This document shows, piece by piece, positions 19,827 through 29,072 of a DNA stretch of 64,000 nt. Below the pieces are notes generated by a model. That model was given only the letters and a program-made list of their open reading frames with translations. It was not told the DNA's origin and ran no database searches. The position numbers were made by a program, and so were the translations under genes. The stretch's first letter is position 1. Each line of letters starts with the position of its first letter. Source of the DNA: an uncultured Gemmatimonadales bacterium (GTDB lineage Bacteria > Gemmatimonadota > Gemmatimonadetes > Longimicrobiales > RSA9); the NCBI GenBank assembly GCA_963798845.1, contig CAWCUS010000006.1, positions 128,001 to 192,000 of the forward strand, given 5' to 3'.

Positions 19827-20849
19827 TTACGGAACCAGCACGATGGACCCGAAGGCCTTGCCCTCTTCCAGGCGCGCATGGGCATCCGCAGCCCGGTCGA
19901 GCGGCCAGGAAACGTCGACGACCGGGCGCAGGTCGCCGGCGAACACGCGGTCCATCGCGGCCCTGAACTCTGCGGGGGAGGACATGGTGGTCCCGAGTAT
20001 CTCCAGCTGGCGCCAGAACAGCGTGCGGATGTCCAGGGTGCCGGCCGTCCCGGTCGTCGCCCCGTACACCACCATGCGCCCATGCCGTCCCAGTGAGCGC
20101 ACGTTCTGCCCGAACGTGGCCTCGCCCACGGAGTCGAAGATCACGTCCACGCCCCGCTTCCCCGTGTCCCTCCACAGCGTGCGGCCGTAGTCTCCGTCGA
20201 GGCGGTCGTACACCACGTCCGCGCCCAGCGCTTTCACGCGCTCCACCCACCGCGACGAAGTGACGGCGTACACACGCGCGCCCACCAGGTGGGCGATCTG
20301 CACCGCAGCCGTTCCGACGCCGCCCGAGGCGCCCGTGACCAGCACGCTCTCCCCGGCCTTCAGCCGGCCGCGGGTGAGCAGGCCGCGCCACGCGGTGAGG
20401 AAGACCAGCGGTGCCGCGGCGGCCTCCTCGAAGGCCACGTGGTCGGGGATCCTGTAGAGGTTGCGGGCAGGGACGACCACGCACTCGGCGAATCCGCCCT
20501 GCGTGTGCTCCCCGAGGATGCGGAAGCCGTCGCAGAGCGGCTCCTCCCCCTCCCGGCACCAGTCGCACGTGCCGCACGAGAGCGTCGGGTTGGCCACGAC
20601 CCGCTCGCCACCCCGCCACTCCCGGACACCCCGCCCGACCGCCTCCACGGTGCCGGCCACGTCGGCGCCCCCGATGTGCGGCATCACGGTCTCCACGGGG
20701 AGTCCGCGCCGCACCCACAGGTCCAGGTGGTTCATTCCGCTCGCACCCACACGGATCCGGACCTCGCCGGGCCCCGGCTCCGGCGCCTCCACCTCCCGGA
20801 CCCGGACCACCTCAGGGCCCCCGTGCTCATCGAAAATCGCCGCGCGCAT
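19827..20849 (-). CDS. Zinc-binding alcohol dehydrogenase / quinone oxidoreductase (MDR)
   Basis: MRAAIFDEHGGPEV, NHLDLWVRRG, CGTCDWCREG...C, GASGGVG, FGSIVL. Confidence 0.92.
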   Translation of the reverse strand: MRAAIFDEHGGPEVVRVREVEAPEPGPGEVRIRVGASGMNHLDLWVRRGLPVETVMPHIGGADVAGTVEAVGRGVREWRGGERVVANPTLSCGTCDWCREGEEPLCDGFRILGEHTQGGFAECVVVPARNLYRIPDHVAFEEAAAAPLVFLTAWRGLLTRGRLKAGESVLVTGASGGVGTAAVQIAHLVGARVYAVTSSRWVERVKALGADVVYDRLDGDYGRTLWRDTGKRGVDVIFDSVGEATFGQNVRSLGRHGRMVVYGATTGTAGTLDIRTLFWRQLEILGTTMSSPAEFRAAMDRVFAGDLRPVVDVSWPLDRAADAHARLEEGKAFGSIVLVP

Positions 20850-20995
20850 GCTACCCCTTTCCCGGTCTGGATCGGCGATGATCGTAGGGGGGCGGCAACG
20901 GTCGGGCCAGAGCTGTCGCAGACCCACGGCTCCCGACCGCATGCCGGCATTCCGCCCCGTAGCCGCAAGCGGTGCATTCCCATTACTTTCCCGCC

Positions 20996-21457
20996 ATGAT
21001 CGGACCGGACCCCAGCGAGATCCTTCGGCGCCTGGAGCGGGCGGCCGCGCGCGACGCCGCCGAGCGCTCGGCGACGGAAGCGGAAGCGGTCCCGGACCTG
21101 GTCCGGCAGCTTGGAGGGGAGGGGGCCGGGCACCCGGCGCCGGACGTGACCTTTGCCGGCTACGTGGAGACCCACGAGCGAGTGCCGGCATTCGAAGGGT
21201 CGGACGGGCAGCCGTATACGGTGGACGTGGACACGGAGCAGACGGGGGATCCTGACCGGCCCTGGGCCGGTTTCCTGGTCTTCCTCCGCTGGGCGGCCAC
21301 GGGGGCGGGGATCATGGGACACGTGACGTCGGACGATGTGGCCCACGGACGGACGGAGGAGGACGCCCGGGCGGCGGTGCTCGGGTTGACCCTGTATGAA
21401 CTCAAGGAAGAGCTCGACCGCGCCATCGACCGGAAGCGCGAGCTGCTGGAGGAATAG
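20996..21457 (+). CDS. Hypothetical protein, translationally coupled to proline dehydrogenase
   Basis: Protein-like composition (PAFEGSDGQPYTVD, FLRWA, LTLYELKEELDRAI); stop TAG directly followed by the next ATG. Confidence 0.7.
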   Translation: MIGPDPSEILRRLERAAARDAAERSATEAEAVPDLVRQLGGEGAGHPAPDVTFAGYVETHERVPAFEGSDGQPYTVDVDTEQTGDPDRPWAGFLVFLRWAATGAGIMGHVTSDDVAHGRTEEDARAAVLGLTLYELKEELDRAIDRKRELLEE

Positions 21458-22374
21458 ATGCTGAGAGAAGTGCTGCTGTTCATGAGCGGAAGCGCGGTGG
21501 CGCGCAGCTTCGTGACGCACGCGCCGTTCGCGCGCACCGTCGCCCGCCGCTTCGTGGCTGGCGAGACGCTGGACGAGGCCGTGAGTGCGGCGAGGGAGCT
21601 GAACGCGGCGGGGAACACGGTGACGCTGGACTACCTCGGCGAGTCGGTGAGCGACCGCTCCGAGGCGCGCGCGGCCGCGGACACCTACCTGCGCATGCTG
21701 GACCGGATCGTGGCCGAGCAGCTCGACGCCAACGTGTCGCTGAAGCTGACCCAGATGGGCCAGGACATCGACCCCGAGTTCCTGCGCGAGAACGTGGGGC
21801 GCCTCCTGGACCGCGCCGCCGAGAGCGACAGGTTCGTGCGCTTCGACATGGAATCCAGCGCCTACACGCAGCGCACGCTCGACTTCGCGGACCGGCTGTG
21901 GACCCATGATGGTCGGCGCAATCTCGGGATCGTGCTGCAGTCGATGTTGAAGCGGACGGACGCCGACGTCCATTGGGCTATCGAGCGGGGCATAGGGGTC
22001 CGCCTCTGCAAAGGCGCGTACATGGAGCCAGAAAGCGTGGCGTTCCAGGACAAGAAGGACGTGGACGCCAGCTTCCTGCGCTGCATGGAGCTGCTGCTCG
22101 AGCACGGCACGTACCCGGGAATCGCCACGCACGACGAGCGCATCATCAGCGCGACGCGCGACTACGCACGCGCCCACGAAATCGCGCCCGACCGCTTCGA
22201 GTTCCAGATGCTCTACGGGATCCGACGCGACCTGCAGCGGCAGCTGATCCAGGAAGGGTGGCGCCTGCGCGTCTACGTGGGCTTCGGCAACGCCTGGTAC
22301 CCGTACTTCATGCGGCGCCTGGCCGAGCGGCCGGCCAACGTGATCTTCGTGGCCAAGAACATTTCCGCGGCTGA
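21458..22374 (+). CDS. putB: Monofunctional proline dehydrogenase (natural stop probably lost by a 1-nt deletion, so it reads into queE)
   Basis: RRFVAGETLDEA, TLDYLGE, SLKLTQMG, RFDMES, RLCKGAY, IATHD, EFQMLYGIR, YFMRRLAERPAN. Adding one T at 22362-22364 gives KNIFRG* ending 22374. Confidence 0.85.
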
Positions 22375-22384
22375 CGCTGGGATC

Positions 22385-23050
22385 GTGGCAGGAACGCTCC
22401 GGGTCACCGAGATCTTCCACTCCATCCAGGGCGAGAGCACCTGGATCGGCCTCCCCTGCACGTTCGTGCGCCTGACCGGGTGTCCGCTCCGGTGCGTGTG
22501 GTGCGACACGGAGTACGCATTCCACGGAGGCGAGAAGATGTCGCTCGACGAGATCGTCGCGCGCGTGGCCGGGATCGGTACCCCGTTGGTCGAGGTCACC
22601 GGCGGGGAGCCCCTGGTGCACCGCAACGCCTTCGCGCTGGTCGAGCGGCTCCTGGACCGCGGCTACACCGTCCTCGTGGAGACTTCCGGAGCGCTCGACG
22701 TGGGTCCGCTCGATCCACGGGCGCACAAGATCATGGACCTGAAGTGCCCGGGCTCCGGGGAGTCGTCGAAGAACCTCTGGTCCAACCTGGACCACCTCAC
22801 GGGCCGGGACGAGCTCAAGTTCGTGATCCGTGACCGCGCAGACTACGAGTGGGCCAGGGAGGTCATACGGGAGCGGGGGCTGGACGCCCGGCTCGCCCAC
22901 CGGTCGCTGCGGGCCATCCTCCTCTCCCCTGTCTGGGACGGGCTGGGCCTGGAGGATCTCGCCCGCTGGATCCTGGAGGACCGTCTTCCGGTCCGCTTCC
23001 AGGTCCAGCTCCACAAGGTGATCTGGGGACCGGGCGTACCCGGGGTCTGA
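22385..23050 (+). CDS. queE: 7-carboxy-7-deazaguanine synthase QueE (radical SAM)
   Basis: EIFHSIQGES, FVRLTGCPLRCVWCDTEYAF, EVTGGEPL, ETSG, QVQLHKVIW. Confidence 0.92.
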   Translation: MAGTLRVTEIFHSIQGESTWIGLPCTFVRLTGCPLRCVWCDTEYAFHGGEKMSLDEIVARVAGIGTPLVEVTGGEPLVHRNAFALVERLLDRGYTVLVETSGALDVGPLDPRAHKIMDLKCPGSGESSKNLWSNLDHLTGRDELKFVIRDRADYEWAREVIRERGLDARLAHRSLRAILLSPVWDGLGLEDLARWILEDRLPVRFQVQLHKVIWGPGVPGV

Positions 23051-23067
23051 CGCCCCGGGCGAGCGGC

Positions 23068-25449
23068 TCAGAGCCCGGCGCCAGGATCGAACGGCGACGC
23101 TGCGGGACAGGCCCCGAGAGCTGGTCCCGCGTCCAGCGGCGAGGCGTGCATGTCCGGCCGCCCCATGGCTTCGACGGTCGCCATGAGCGGCGTGAACGCC
23201 GCGACAACCGCCGGCGAAGGCGCCGCGTCCACCTCGTGCCCCTCCAGCGTCCCCTCGGCCCACCGCCCTCCCGCCGGCCCCAGCAGCTGCGCCGCGAGCG
23301 AGACCACGAGGCCCCGCGCGCGCGCGCTCGCCACGTCCGCCACCACGCGCCGCCGCGCGTCGAGCGTGCCGTCTCCGTAATCGGTGACGGCGCAGCGGCC
23401 CTCGACGGAGGCGAGCACGGAATCGCGGACGGACTCGAGCCTGTCCAGCTGCACCACCACGGACGCCATCCGGGCGAGCATGGGCGCAGGTGGCCCGGGG
23501 GCGGGCGCGCTGTCCGGGGGCGCCAGCACTCCCGTAAGCTCCTGATCGAGCAGGATTCCCGGCACCGGCGGCAGAGCGTCGGCGGACCCGCCCGACGGGT
23601 CGGGCAGAGGCGCCTCCAGGACCCGCCGCGCCAGGTCGTACGCCGTGGGCGAGCGCATGCGGCCGTAGCTCTGCAGGAACCAGCGCCGCGTCTCCGAGTA
23701 CACGGGCGCCACGTTGTCCAGCAGGGTGATCAGCGCCTGCCCCGCGCGCCCGGTCACGTCCGGCGGGCGCACGGTGCCATACCCGGTCAGGTAATCGTCC
23801 TGGACCGAGGACAGGTAGCCGTTGATCCGACCTTCCCTGGCAAGCGACACCGCCACGAACCAGTCGACGCTCCGCGCGAAGACCTCCGCCGGGCGGGTGG
23901 CGTGGCTCTGCAGCGATCTGGTGTCCACGCCCGGTGCGAGCGAAGCGGTGGTCAGCCCGTCCAGCGCCCGGGCAAAGCGGCCGTCCGCCAGGCGCACTGC
24001 GCGGTCTGTGGCGTAGTCGCCCCGGACGCGGTAGCGCCGGAGCGCCGTCTGCCAGTCCAGATCGTGCGCCACTTCATGGGCGATCGTTCCGGCCGCGGTT
24101 GCAGCGGGAAGGTACACGGTACGCGTGCGCGGATCGTGCACCGCGAGCGTCCCCGGGCTGCCGGGCCTCGCTTCGAACCGGACCTTCAGGCCACGCACGT
24201 CGAGCGACGGCATCACCCGCTGCAGGTCCGAAAGCGCGCTCTCCAGCATGCGTCGGTAGTACGGACGCCATGGCGCCGGCACTCCATCCGGGAACGACAC
24301 CGACGCCAGGCCGAAGCGGTCTTCCAGGTCACGGTCGGTGGGACCACCGAAGCCGGGGAACCACGGACGCTCCTGACCGTACGCCCGCATCGCCACCGCG
24401 GCCGACATCACCGCCAGTCGCTCCCCGGGTGAGGGCAGCGTGCGGTGCGAAAGCACAGCGTACTCCGCCGCCAGCTCCTCCTCGTTCAGGGCCCGGGCGA
24501 AGAACCGACCGTCCGGCCCCCCCTCGCGCGGGCGCCCCGTCGCGGCCGGATCGAACGGTGCGAGCGCCACCACCACCGGCGTCTCCGGCGGACCGCCGGA
24601 GTCTGCCGAAAGCTCCGAAAGACGCTCCGCCGCCGCCGCAGACAGCAGCGAGCGCTGCCTGGGCTCCGGCGCAGGGTTCAGCGGCCCCACCCGCGGCCGG
24701 TCGTGAATGGACCGGATCCCCTCGAGGAGCCGCGGCGCCAGCGCGATCGCCTCCCGCTCCGCATCCGCGGACACCGGCAGGATCGTGGGAGACTCCACCC
24801 GGAACCGGCGGTTCACCCGCCATACCGTCAGCAGTTTCAGCGGATCCGGCGCCGAATCCCCCTCCGCCACCTCCAGCAGGTGACGCGCATCCTTGCGGCT
24901 CACCACACGGTCCCGGAGAAGCGCGGTCGCATGCGCGGCACGCAGCGGAAGCGTCGCCGGGACCGTGCCCTCCGCCGCAGCCATCCCGAACGCCAGCCGC
25001 AGCGCCAGCTCCCCCGCATCGGGATCCGCCGCGCTTCCGATGGCCCCCTCGATCAGCTCCAGCTGCCGCGCGCCGGACTCCGGGTCTCCATCCACCGACA
25101 GCGTCCGCGGGTCCACACGGTACCCGGTCCCATCCAGCGCTCCCGCCATCAACGCCCACGCGAGCGCCTCCCGCTCCGGCTTCGCCAGTCGCGGATCCTC
25201 GAGCGCGTACTCCATCAGACGGAACGGGCTCCCCAGCCCCATGCGCGCCCGTTCCAGGTACCCCAGCTGGATCGCCTGCGCCGGACTGGCGGAAACGCGA
25301 GTCTGCGACACCAGCGCAGCGGCGTACCGACGCCCGCCATCGAGCTCCGCCCCCGCATCCCGGCCGAACGGCGCGGATTGCACAGGACCGCACGCCGTCA
25401 GCGTCGCCGCGGCGAGCAGCAGTGCGCGGGCTGCGCGGAGTCCCTTCAT
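23068..25449 (-). CDS. Large uncharacterised lipoprotein with zincin HEXXH motif
   Basis: Lipobox LTAC; TIAHEVAHDLD followed by RPAEVFAR. Confidence 0.75.
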   Translation of the reverse strand: MKGLRAARALLLAAATLTACGPVQSAPFGRDAGAELDGGRRYAAALVSQTRVSASPAQAIQLGYLERARMGLGSPFRLMEYALEDPRLAKPEREALAWALMAGALDGTGYRVDPRTLSVDGDPESGARQLELIEGAIGSAADPDAGELALRLAFGMAAAEGTVPATLPLRAAHATALLRDRVVSRKDARHLLEVAEGDSAPDPLKLLTVWRVNRRFRVESPTILPVSADAEREAIALAPRLLEGIRSIHDRPRVGPLNPAPEPRQRSLLSAAAAERLSELSADSGGPPETPVVVALAPFDPAATGRPREGGPDGRFFARALNEEELAAEYAVLSHRTLPSPGERLAVMSAAVAMRAYGQERPWFPGFGGPTDRDLEDRFGLASVSFPDGVPAPWRPYYRRMLESALSDLQRVMPSLDVRGLKVRFEARPGSPGTLAVHDPRTRTVYLPAATAAGTIAHEVAHDLDWQTALRRYRVRGDYATDRAVRLADGRFARALDGLTTASLAPGVDTRSLQSHATRPAEVFARSVDWFVAVSLAREGRINGYLSSVQDDYLTGYGTVRPPDVTGRAGQALITLLDNVAPVYSETRRWFLQSYGRMRSPTAYDLARRVLEAPLPDPSGGSADALPPVPGILLDQELTGVLAPPDSAPAPGPPAPMLARMASVVVQLDRLESVRDSVLASVEGRCAVTDYGDGTLDARRRVVADVASARARGLVVSLAAQLLGPAGGRWAEGTLEGHEVDAAPSPAVVAAFTPLMATVEAMGRPDMHASPLDAGPALGACPAASPFDPGAGL

Positions 25450-25543
25450 CGGGCTCTCCTCTCGAAAGCGGGCATGGGCCGGGCGTCCGGCGAGCGCCGG
25501 ACCCTATCAACATAAACAAATGTCGTCGGGCGCGGGAGGGACA

Positions 25544-25843
25544 TCACTCGGCCTCCTCCACGGCACGCCGAAGACGTGGCCAGGTCCAGCGGGCGTAGCG
25601 GAGGAAGTTCTCGCGCAGGTCGGGGCGTCGGGCGAGAAAGGCCCAGGCGGGGGCGCCGCCCTTTTCCGCGTTGCAGCGGCGGCAGCAGGTGACGAGGTTC
25701 CCCTGCGAGTGGTCTCCGCCCTTCACGCGCGGCTCGACGTGGTCCACGGTCAGCTCGGCCGGTTCGAACACCTGGCCGCAGTAAACGCAGCGGTTCCCGT
25801 CCCGCACGAAGATGCTGTCCCTCTTCGCCCCCGCCTTCGTCAT
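25544..25843 (-). CDS. Small HNH endonuclease (McrA-like)
   Basis: RDGNRCVYCG, LTVDHVEPRVKGG, NLVTCCRRCNAEKG; GAGGAG RBS. Confidence 0.9.
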   Translation of the reverse strand: MTKAGAKRDSIFVRDGNRCVYCGQVFEPAELTVDHVEPRVKGGDHSQGNLVTCCRRCNAEKGGAPAWAFLARRPDLRENFLRYARWTWPRLRRAVEEAE

Positions 25844-25975
25844 CGGCCACTCCTCGTTGCCGTCCGCTCCTCTTTAGATACCACGGCGCGGCGGAAATGC
25901 TCCGGGAGGTCCGCACGCGACGCGCCCGTGGCGTTCTCGACTTGTCGCTCTCCGGGATCGGGGCGAATATCCGCC

Positions 25976-26572
25976 ATGCTCTCCGACCCACGATTCCGCG
26001 CGCTCCGCGCGGCTCTCCAGGGCCGCGATGTGGCGCGCGGAGCAGCCAACCCGTCGCTGTCGCAGGCCGCGGTGCTGCTGGCGCTACGCGCGTCGCGCCC
26101 GCTCGAGCTGCTGCTGATCGAGCGGGCGGAGCAGGAGGGGGACCCGTGGTCGGGGCACATGGCGCTCCCGGGCGGACGCCGGTCCGCCAGCGATGTCGAC
26201 CTCATGGACACCGCGCTGCGGGAGACGGCCGAAGAAACGGCGATCGTGGTGCCGCGTCAGGCGGTGCTGGGTGAGCTGGACGAGGTGCGCCCGTCGTCGC
26301 GGCGGCGGTTCTCGATCACGGTCGCGGCCTTCGTGGCCGCCGTGCCGATGGGGACGGAAGCGGTGCCCTCGCCGGCGGAAGTGGAGAGCGCGCTCTGGGT
26401 TCCGCTTCCGTACCTGGCGAGCGACGCGGCGGTGGACGAGATCCTGATCGAGCTGGAAGACGGGTCTCGGGCGTTCCCCGCGCTGACATACCGGGAGCAC
26501 GTGATCTGGGGCCTGACGCATCGGATCCTGACCGGATTCATGGACGCGGCGAGGGCCGCCGGGCTGGTCTAG
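25976..26572 (+). CDS. NUDIX CoA pyrophosphatase
   Basis: AAVLL, DPWSGHMALPGG, TALRETAEE, EVE, IWGLTHRIL. Confidence 0.9.
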   Translation: MLSDPRFRALRAALQGRDVARGAANPSLSQAAVLLALRASRPLELLLIERAEQEGDPWSGHMALPGGRRSASDVDLMDTALRETAEETAIVVPRQAVLGELDEVRPSSRRRFSITVAAFVAAVPMGTEAVPSPAEVESALWVPLPYLASDAAVDEILIELEDGSRAFPALTYREHVIWGLTHRILTGFMDAARAAGLV

Positions 26573-26714
26573 GACGGGGGGGTCCAGCGCCGAGCGGGTC
26601 CAACTCCGGGCTGATCCAGGATCGGCGGGGGTCCAGCGCCGAGCGGGTCCAACTCCGGGCTGATCCAGGACCGGCGGGGTCCAGCGCCGAGCGGGTCCAA
26701 CGCCGGGCCGATCT
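26571..26714. repeat. Intergenic tandem repeat, about 48-49 bp x3, with 16-17 bp sub-units
   Basis: gggtccagcgccgagc-gggtccaactccgggc-tgatccagga(t/c)cggcg repeated three times between two convergent stops. Confidence 0.9.
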
Positions 26715-27843
26715 AGCGTGGGGCGTCGACGCGGGCGGCGAGGCCGGGCTGGCGGACGCCGGCGCTGAAGCCCTCGAGCTCCGCGGTGCCGGGCGCGGGG
26801 GCGAGCGTGTCCCTGGCGGCGCGGACGCGCTCGGCCGCCTCCTCGACCGCGGAGGCGACATCGACCTCCACGGCTTCCAGCCGGTCCCGGGCGACGCCGC
26901 GACCGGCGAGATACTCCTCGAAGAGGCCCACCGGGTCTCGCCGGCCCCATTGCTCGAACAGCTCGGCCGGGAAGGTGCGCCTCGCTTCCGCCTCGTCGTG
27001 GGTGGCGTGGCCGCCCATCCGGAACGTGTCGGCGACGAGCAGGGTCGGGCCGTCCCCGGCCCGGGCACGCTCCGCCGCCAGGCGCGTCGCGGCCCAGACG
27101 TCCAGGACGTTGTTGCCGTCAGCGAAGCTGCCCGGCACGCCGTACATCTTCGGCCAGCTGCGGAAGTCGCCGGCGCCGTGCTGGTCTGCACGCGTGCCCA
27201 GGGCGACCTGGTTGTTCTGGAGCACGAAGATGGCGGGGACGCGGCGGACTGCGGCAAGGTTGAGACCTTCGTGGAACGCCGCGGTCTTGGTGGCGCCGTC
27301 GCCCACCCACGTGAGCGCCACGCGGTCCTCGCCCCGCTGCTGGAACGCCAGGGCCGCGCCGGTGACCACGGGGACCATGTCGCCCACGTGGGAGATGGGC
27401 TGGAGGACGCCGTGGTCCAGGTCGCCGAAATGGAGGTCACGGCCGCCAGTGGGACTGTTCCGCGTAGCCAGGAGTCCGTGGAAGATCGCCTCGAGCGGCA
27501 CGCCCATCTCCGCCAGCGCGCCCGCGTTCCGGATCATCGGGGCGACCAGGTCGCGGCCGCGCCGGAGCGCGTGAACGGGTCCCACGGTCACGGCTTCCTC
27601 CCCCGTCCCGAGCCACGCTTTCGACAGCACGCCCTGCCGCACCCAGCGCTTGAGCGTGATGTCGTGGAGGCGAGTGCGCAGCAGCCCCGCGTACAGCTCC
27701 AGCAGCGGCGCCTCTTCGAGGGCGTCGATCAGGGCCCACCTCTCCGGGTCGGAGCGAAGGCGCTCGCCGTACTCTCGCACCAGCTCGGGATCCGGCTCCC
27801 AGCTCACGTACTCCGGGGGGTCGAACAGCGGGTAGCGCTTCAT
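26713..27843 (-). CDS. TPP-dependent 2-oxoacid dehydrogenase E1 alpha-like subunit
   Basis: GTGEEA, GRDLHFG, TPP motif VGDGAT...NNQVA, DGNNV, RMGGHATHD, RDP. Confidence 0.9.
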   Translation of the reverse strand: MKRYPLFDPPEYVSWEPDPELVREYGERLRSDPERWALIDALEEAPLLELYAGLLRTRLHDITLKRWVRQGVLSKAWLGTGEEAVTVGPVHALRRGRDLVAPMIRNAGALAEMGVPLEAIFHGLLATRNSPTGGRDLHFGDLDHGVLQPISHVGDMVPVVTGAALAFQQRGEDRVALTWVGDGATKTAAFHEGLNLAAVRRVPAIFVLQNNQVALGTRADQHGAGDFRSWPKMYGVPGSFADGNNVLDVWAATRLAAERARAGDGPTLLVADTFRMGGHATHDEAEARRTFPAELFEQWGRRDPVGLFEEYLAGRGVARDRLEAVEVDVASAVEEAAERVRAARDTLAPAPGTAELEGFSAGVRQPGLAARVDAPR

Positions 27844-27877
27844 GGCTCCGGGGGCTGAGTTGGTGCAGGCAGTGCGG

Positions 27878-28378
27878 CTACGGCTGCCGCGACACCGGGG
27901 GCGTGGCGGGCACGTTCGCATGCTCACGCCCCGCGGGCGCTGGCGTCGCGGTGTCCTGGAGGGCGCGCCCGATCCGCGCGGCCATGACGTCCAGCTCGGA
28001 GCGGGAGGGGATCGCGGAGCCGGGCTTCGGCAGCTGCAAGTCGAACGACTCGCCTTCACGCACCGGGATCAGATGCAGGTGGAAGTGCAGCACGTCCTGC
28101 CCACCGGCTCGGCCGTTGGCGCTGAACAGGTTCACCGCCGCGGCGCCTGTGGCGGCGCGGACCCCCGGTGCCAGGCGGCGGGCCACGGTGAGGCAGTGGG
28201 CGGCGATGTCGTCCGGCGTGGAGAACAGGTCGTCGTGATGCTCGCGGGAGACGATCAGCAGGTGTCCGGCGCTCGCCGGCTGGATGTCCATGAACGCGAC
28301 AGCGTGGTCGTCTTCGTGGACGAGGCTGACCGTTTCCTCGCCCGCGAGGATGCGACAGAAGACACAACTCTCATTCAT
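27878..28378 (-). CDS. HIT family hydrolase
   Basis: CVFCRILAGE, AFMDIQP..GHLLIV, GQDVLHFHLHLIP. Confidence 0.92.
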   Translation of the reverse strand: MNESCVFCRILAGEETVSLVHEDDHAVAFMDIQPASAGHLLIVSREHHDDLFSTPDDIAAHCLTVARRLAPGVRAATGAAAVNLFSANGRAGGQDVLHFHLHLIPVREGESFDLQLPKPGSAIPSRSELDVMAARIGRALQDTATPAPAGREHANVPATPPVSRQP

Positions 28379-28412
28379 GGCGACCCGGCCCGGGGAGTTC
28401 TACATTCACGGG

Positions 28413-29072
28413 ATGCATGACTCGTCTCCCGCTCCCCGCAAAGAAACGGGGGCCCCCGAACCAGCGCAAGAATCGGGCGACGGCTTCCGGGCCGATCTGC
28501 CCCTGGCCATACTCGAGTCCGTCCGTATCCACGACCGCCCGGCCGAGGTGCTCGAAGACGAGGATCTCACGGCCAGCCTGCCACGTCGCCTCGGTCTCAC
28601 CGGGGTGGTGGACAGTCAGATCCGGCGCTACGAGGCGGCTCGCCGCAGCGGTGAGCGCGTCTCGCGCGACGACGTGGCCAACCTCCTCCGGCTGGTCCTG
28701 CGCCGGCCCGACGCCGAGCCGATCCTCCGCCACGCGGGTCAGACGCTCGCCGGCGAGCACGGCCGGCGCGCGGCGCGCCTGGGAAGGGTGCTCCCCGGCG
28801 GTCTCGGGGACCTGGTGGCCAGGCGGGTGATCCGGCGCCTGATGCGGCGCATCTCGGGCGGCTCCCGCGTGCGCGTGATGCGCAACCCGCTCCGGGTCGA
28901 GCTCACGGACCCGATCACCGCCGGCGACCGCTACGGTGTGGCGTGCACGCTGTACAGCGCCGCCATTGCGGCGGCCTACGCCCGGGTCACGGGGCGGGAG
29001 CTGGATGTGCGCCACACCGGGTGCGCCGCGCTGGGGACCGCCGAAGGGAAGTGCGTCTGGGAGGTCGGCTAG
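28413..29072 (+). CDS. Hypothetical protein with C-terminal V4R-like domain
   Basis: ACTLYSAAI...VRHTGCAALG....CVWEV resembles the V4R Cys pattern; start uncertain. Confidence 0.6.
   Translation: MHDSSPAPRKETGAPEPAQESGDGFRADLPLAILESVRIHDRPAEVLEDEDLTASLPRRLGLTGVVDSQIRRYEAARRSGERVSRDDVANLLRLVLRRPDAEPILRHAGQTLAGEHGRRAARLGRVLPGGLGDLVARRVIRRLMRRISGGSRVRVMRNPLRVELTDPITAGDRYGVACTLYSAAIAAAYARVTGRELDVRHTGCAALGTAEGKCVWEVG

Noticed and set aside
21458..23050. PRODH-QueE as a confirmed novel fusion enzyme
   Set aside because: A single T insertion restores a canonical PRODH stop, and other indels are evident in this assembly. Kept only as a finding to check.
22385..25843. queE plus HNH as a 7-deazaguanine DNA-modification (Dpd) defence system
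   Set aside because: No dpdA/tgt-like, queC or queD gene is nearby. queG in the window points to ordinary tRNA queuosine synthesis, and the HNH is a small solitary McrA-like gene.
26571..26714. Possible CRISPR array
   Set aside because: The repeats are contiguous with no unique spacers, and there are no cas genes in the window. It is a tandem repeat.
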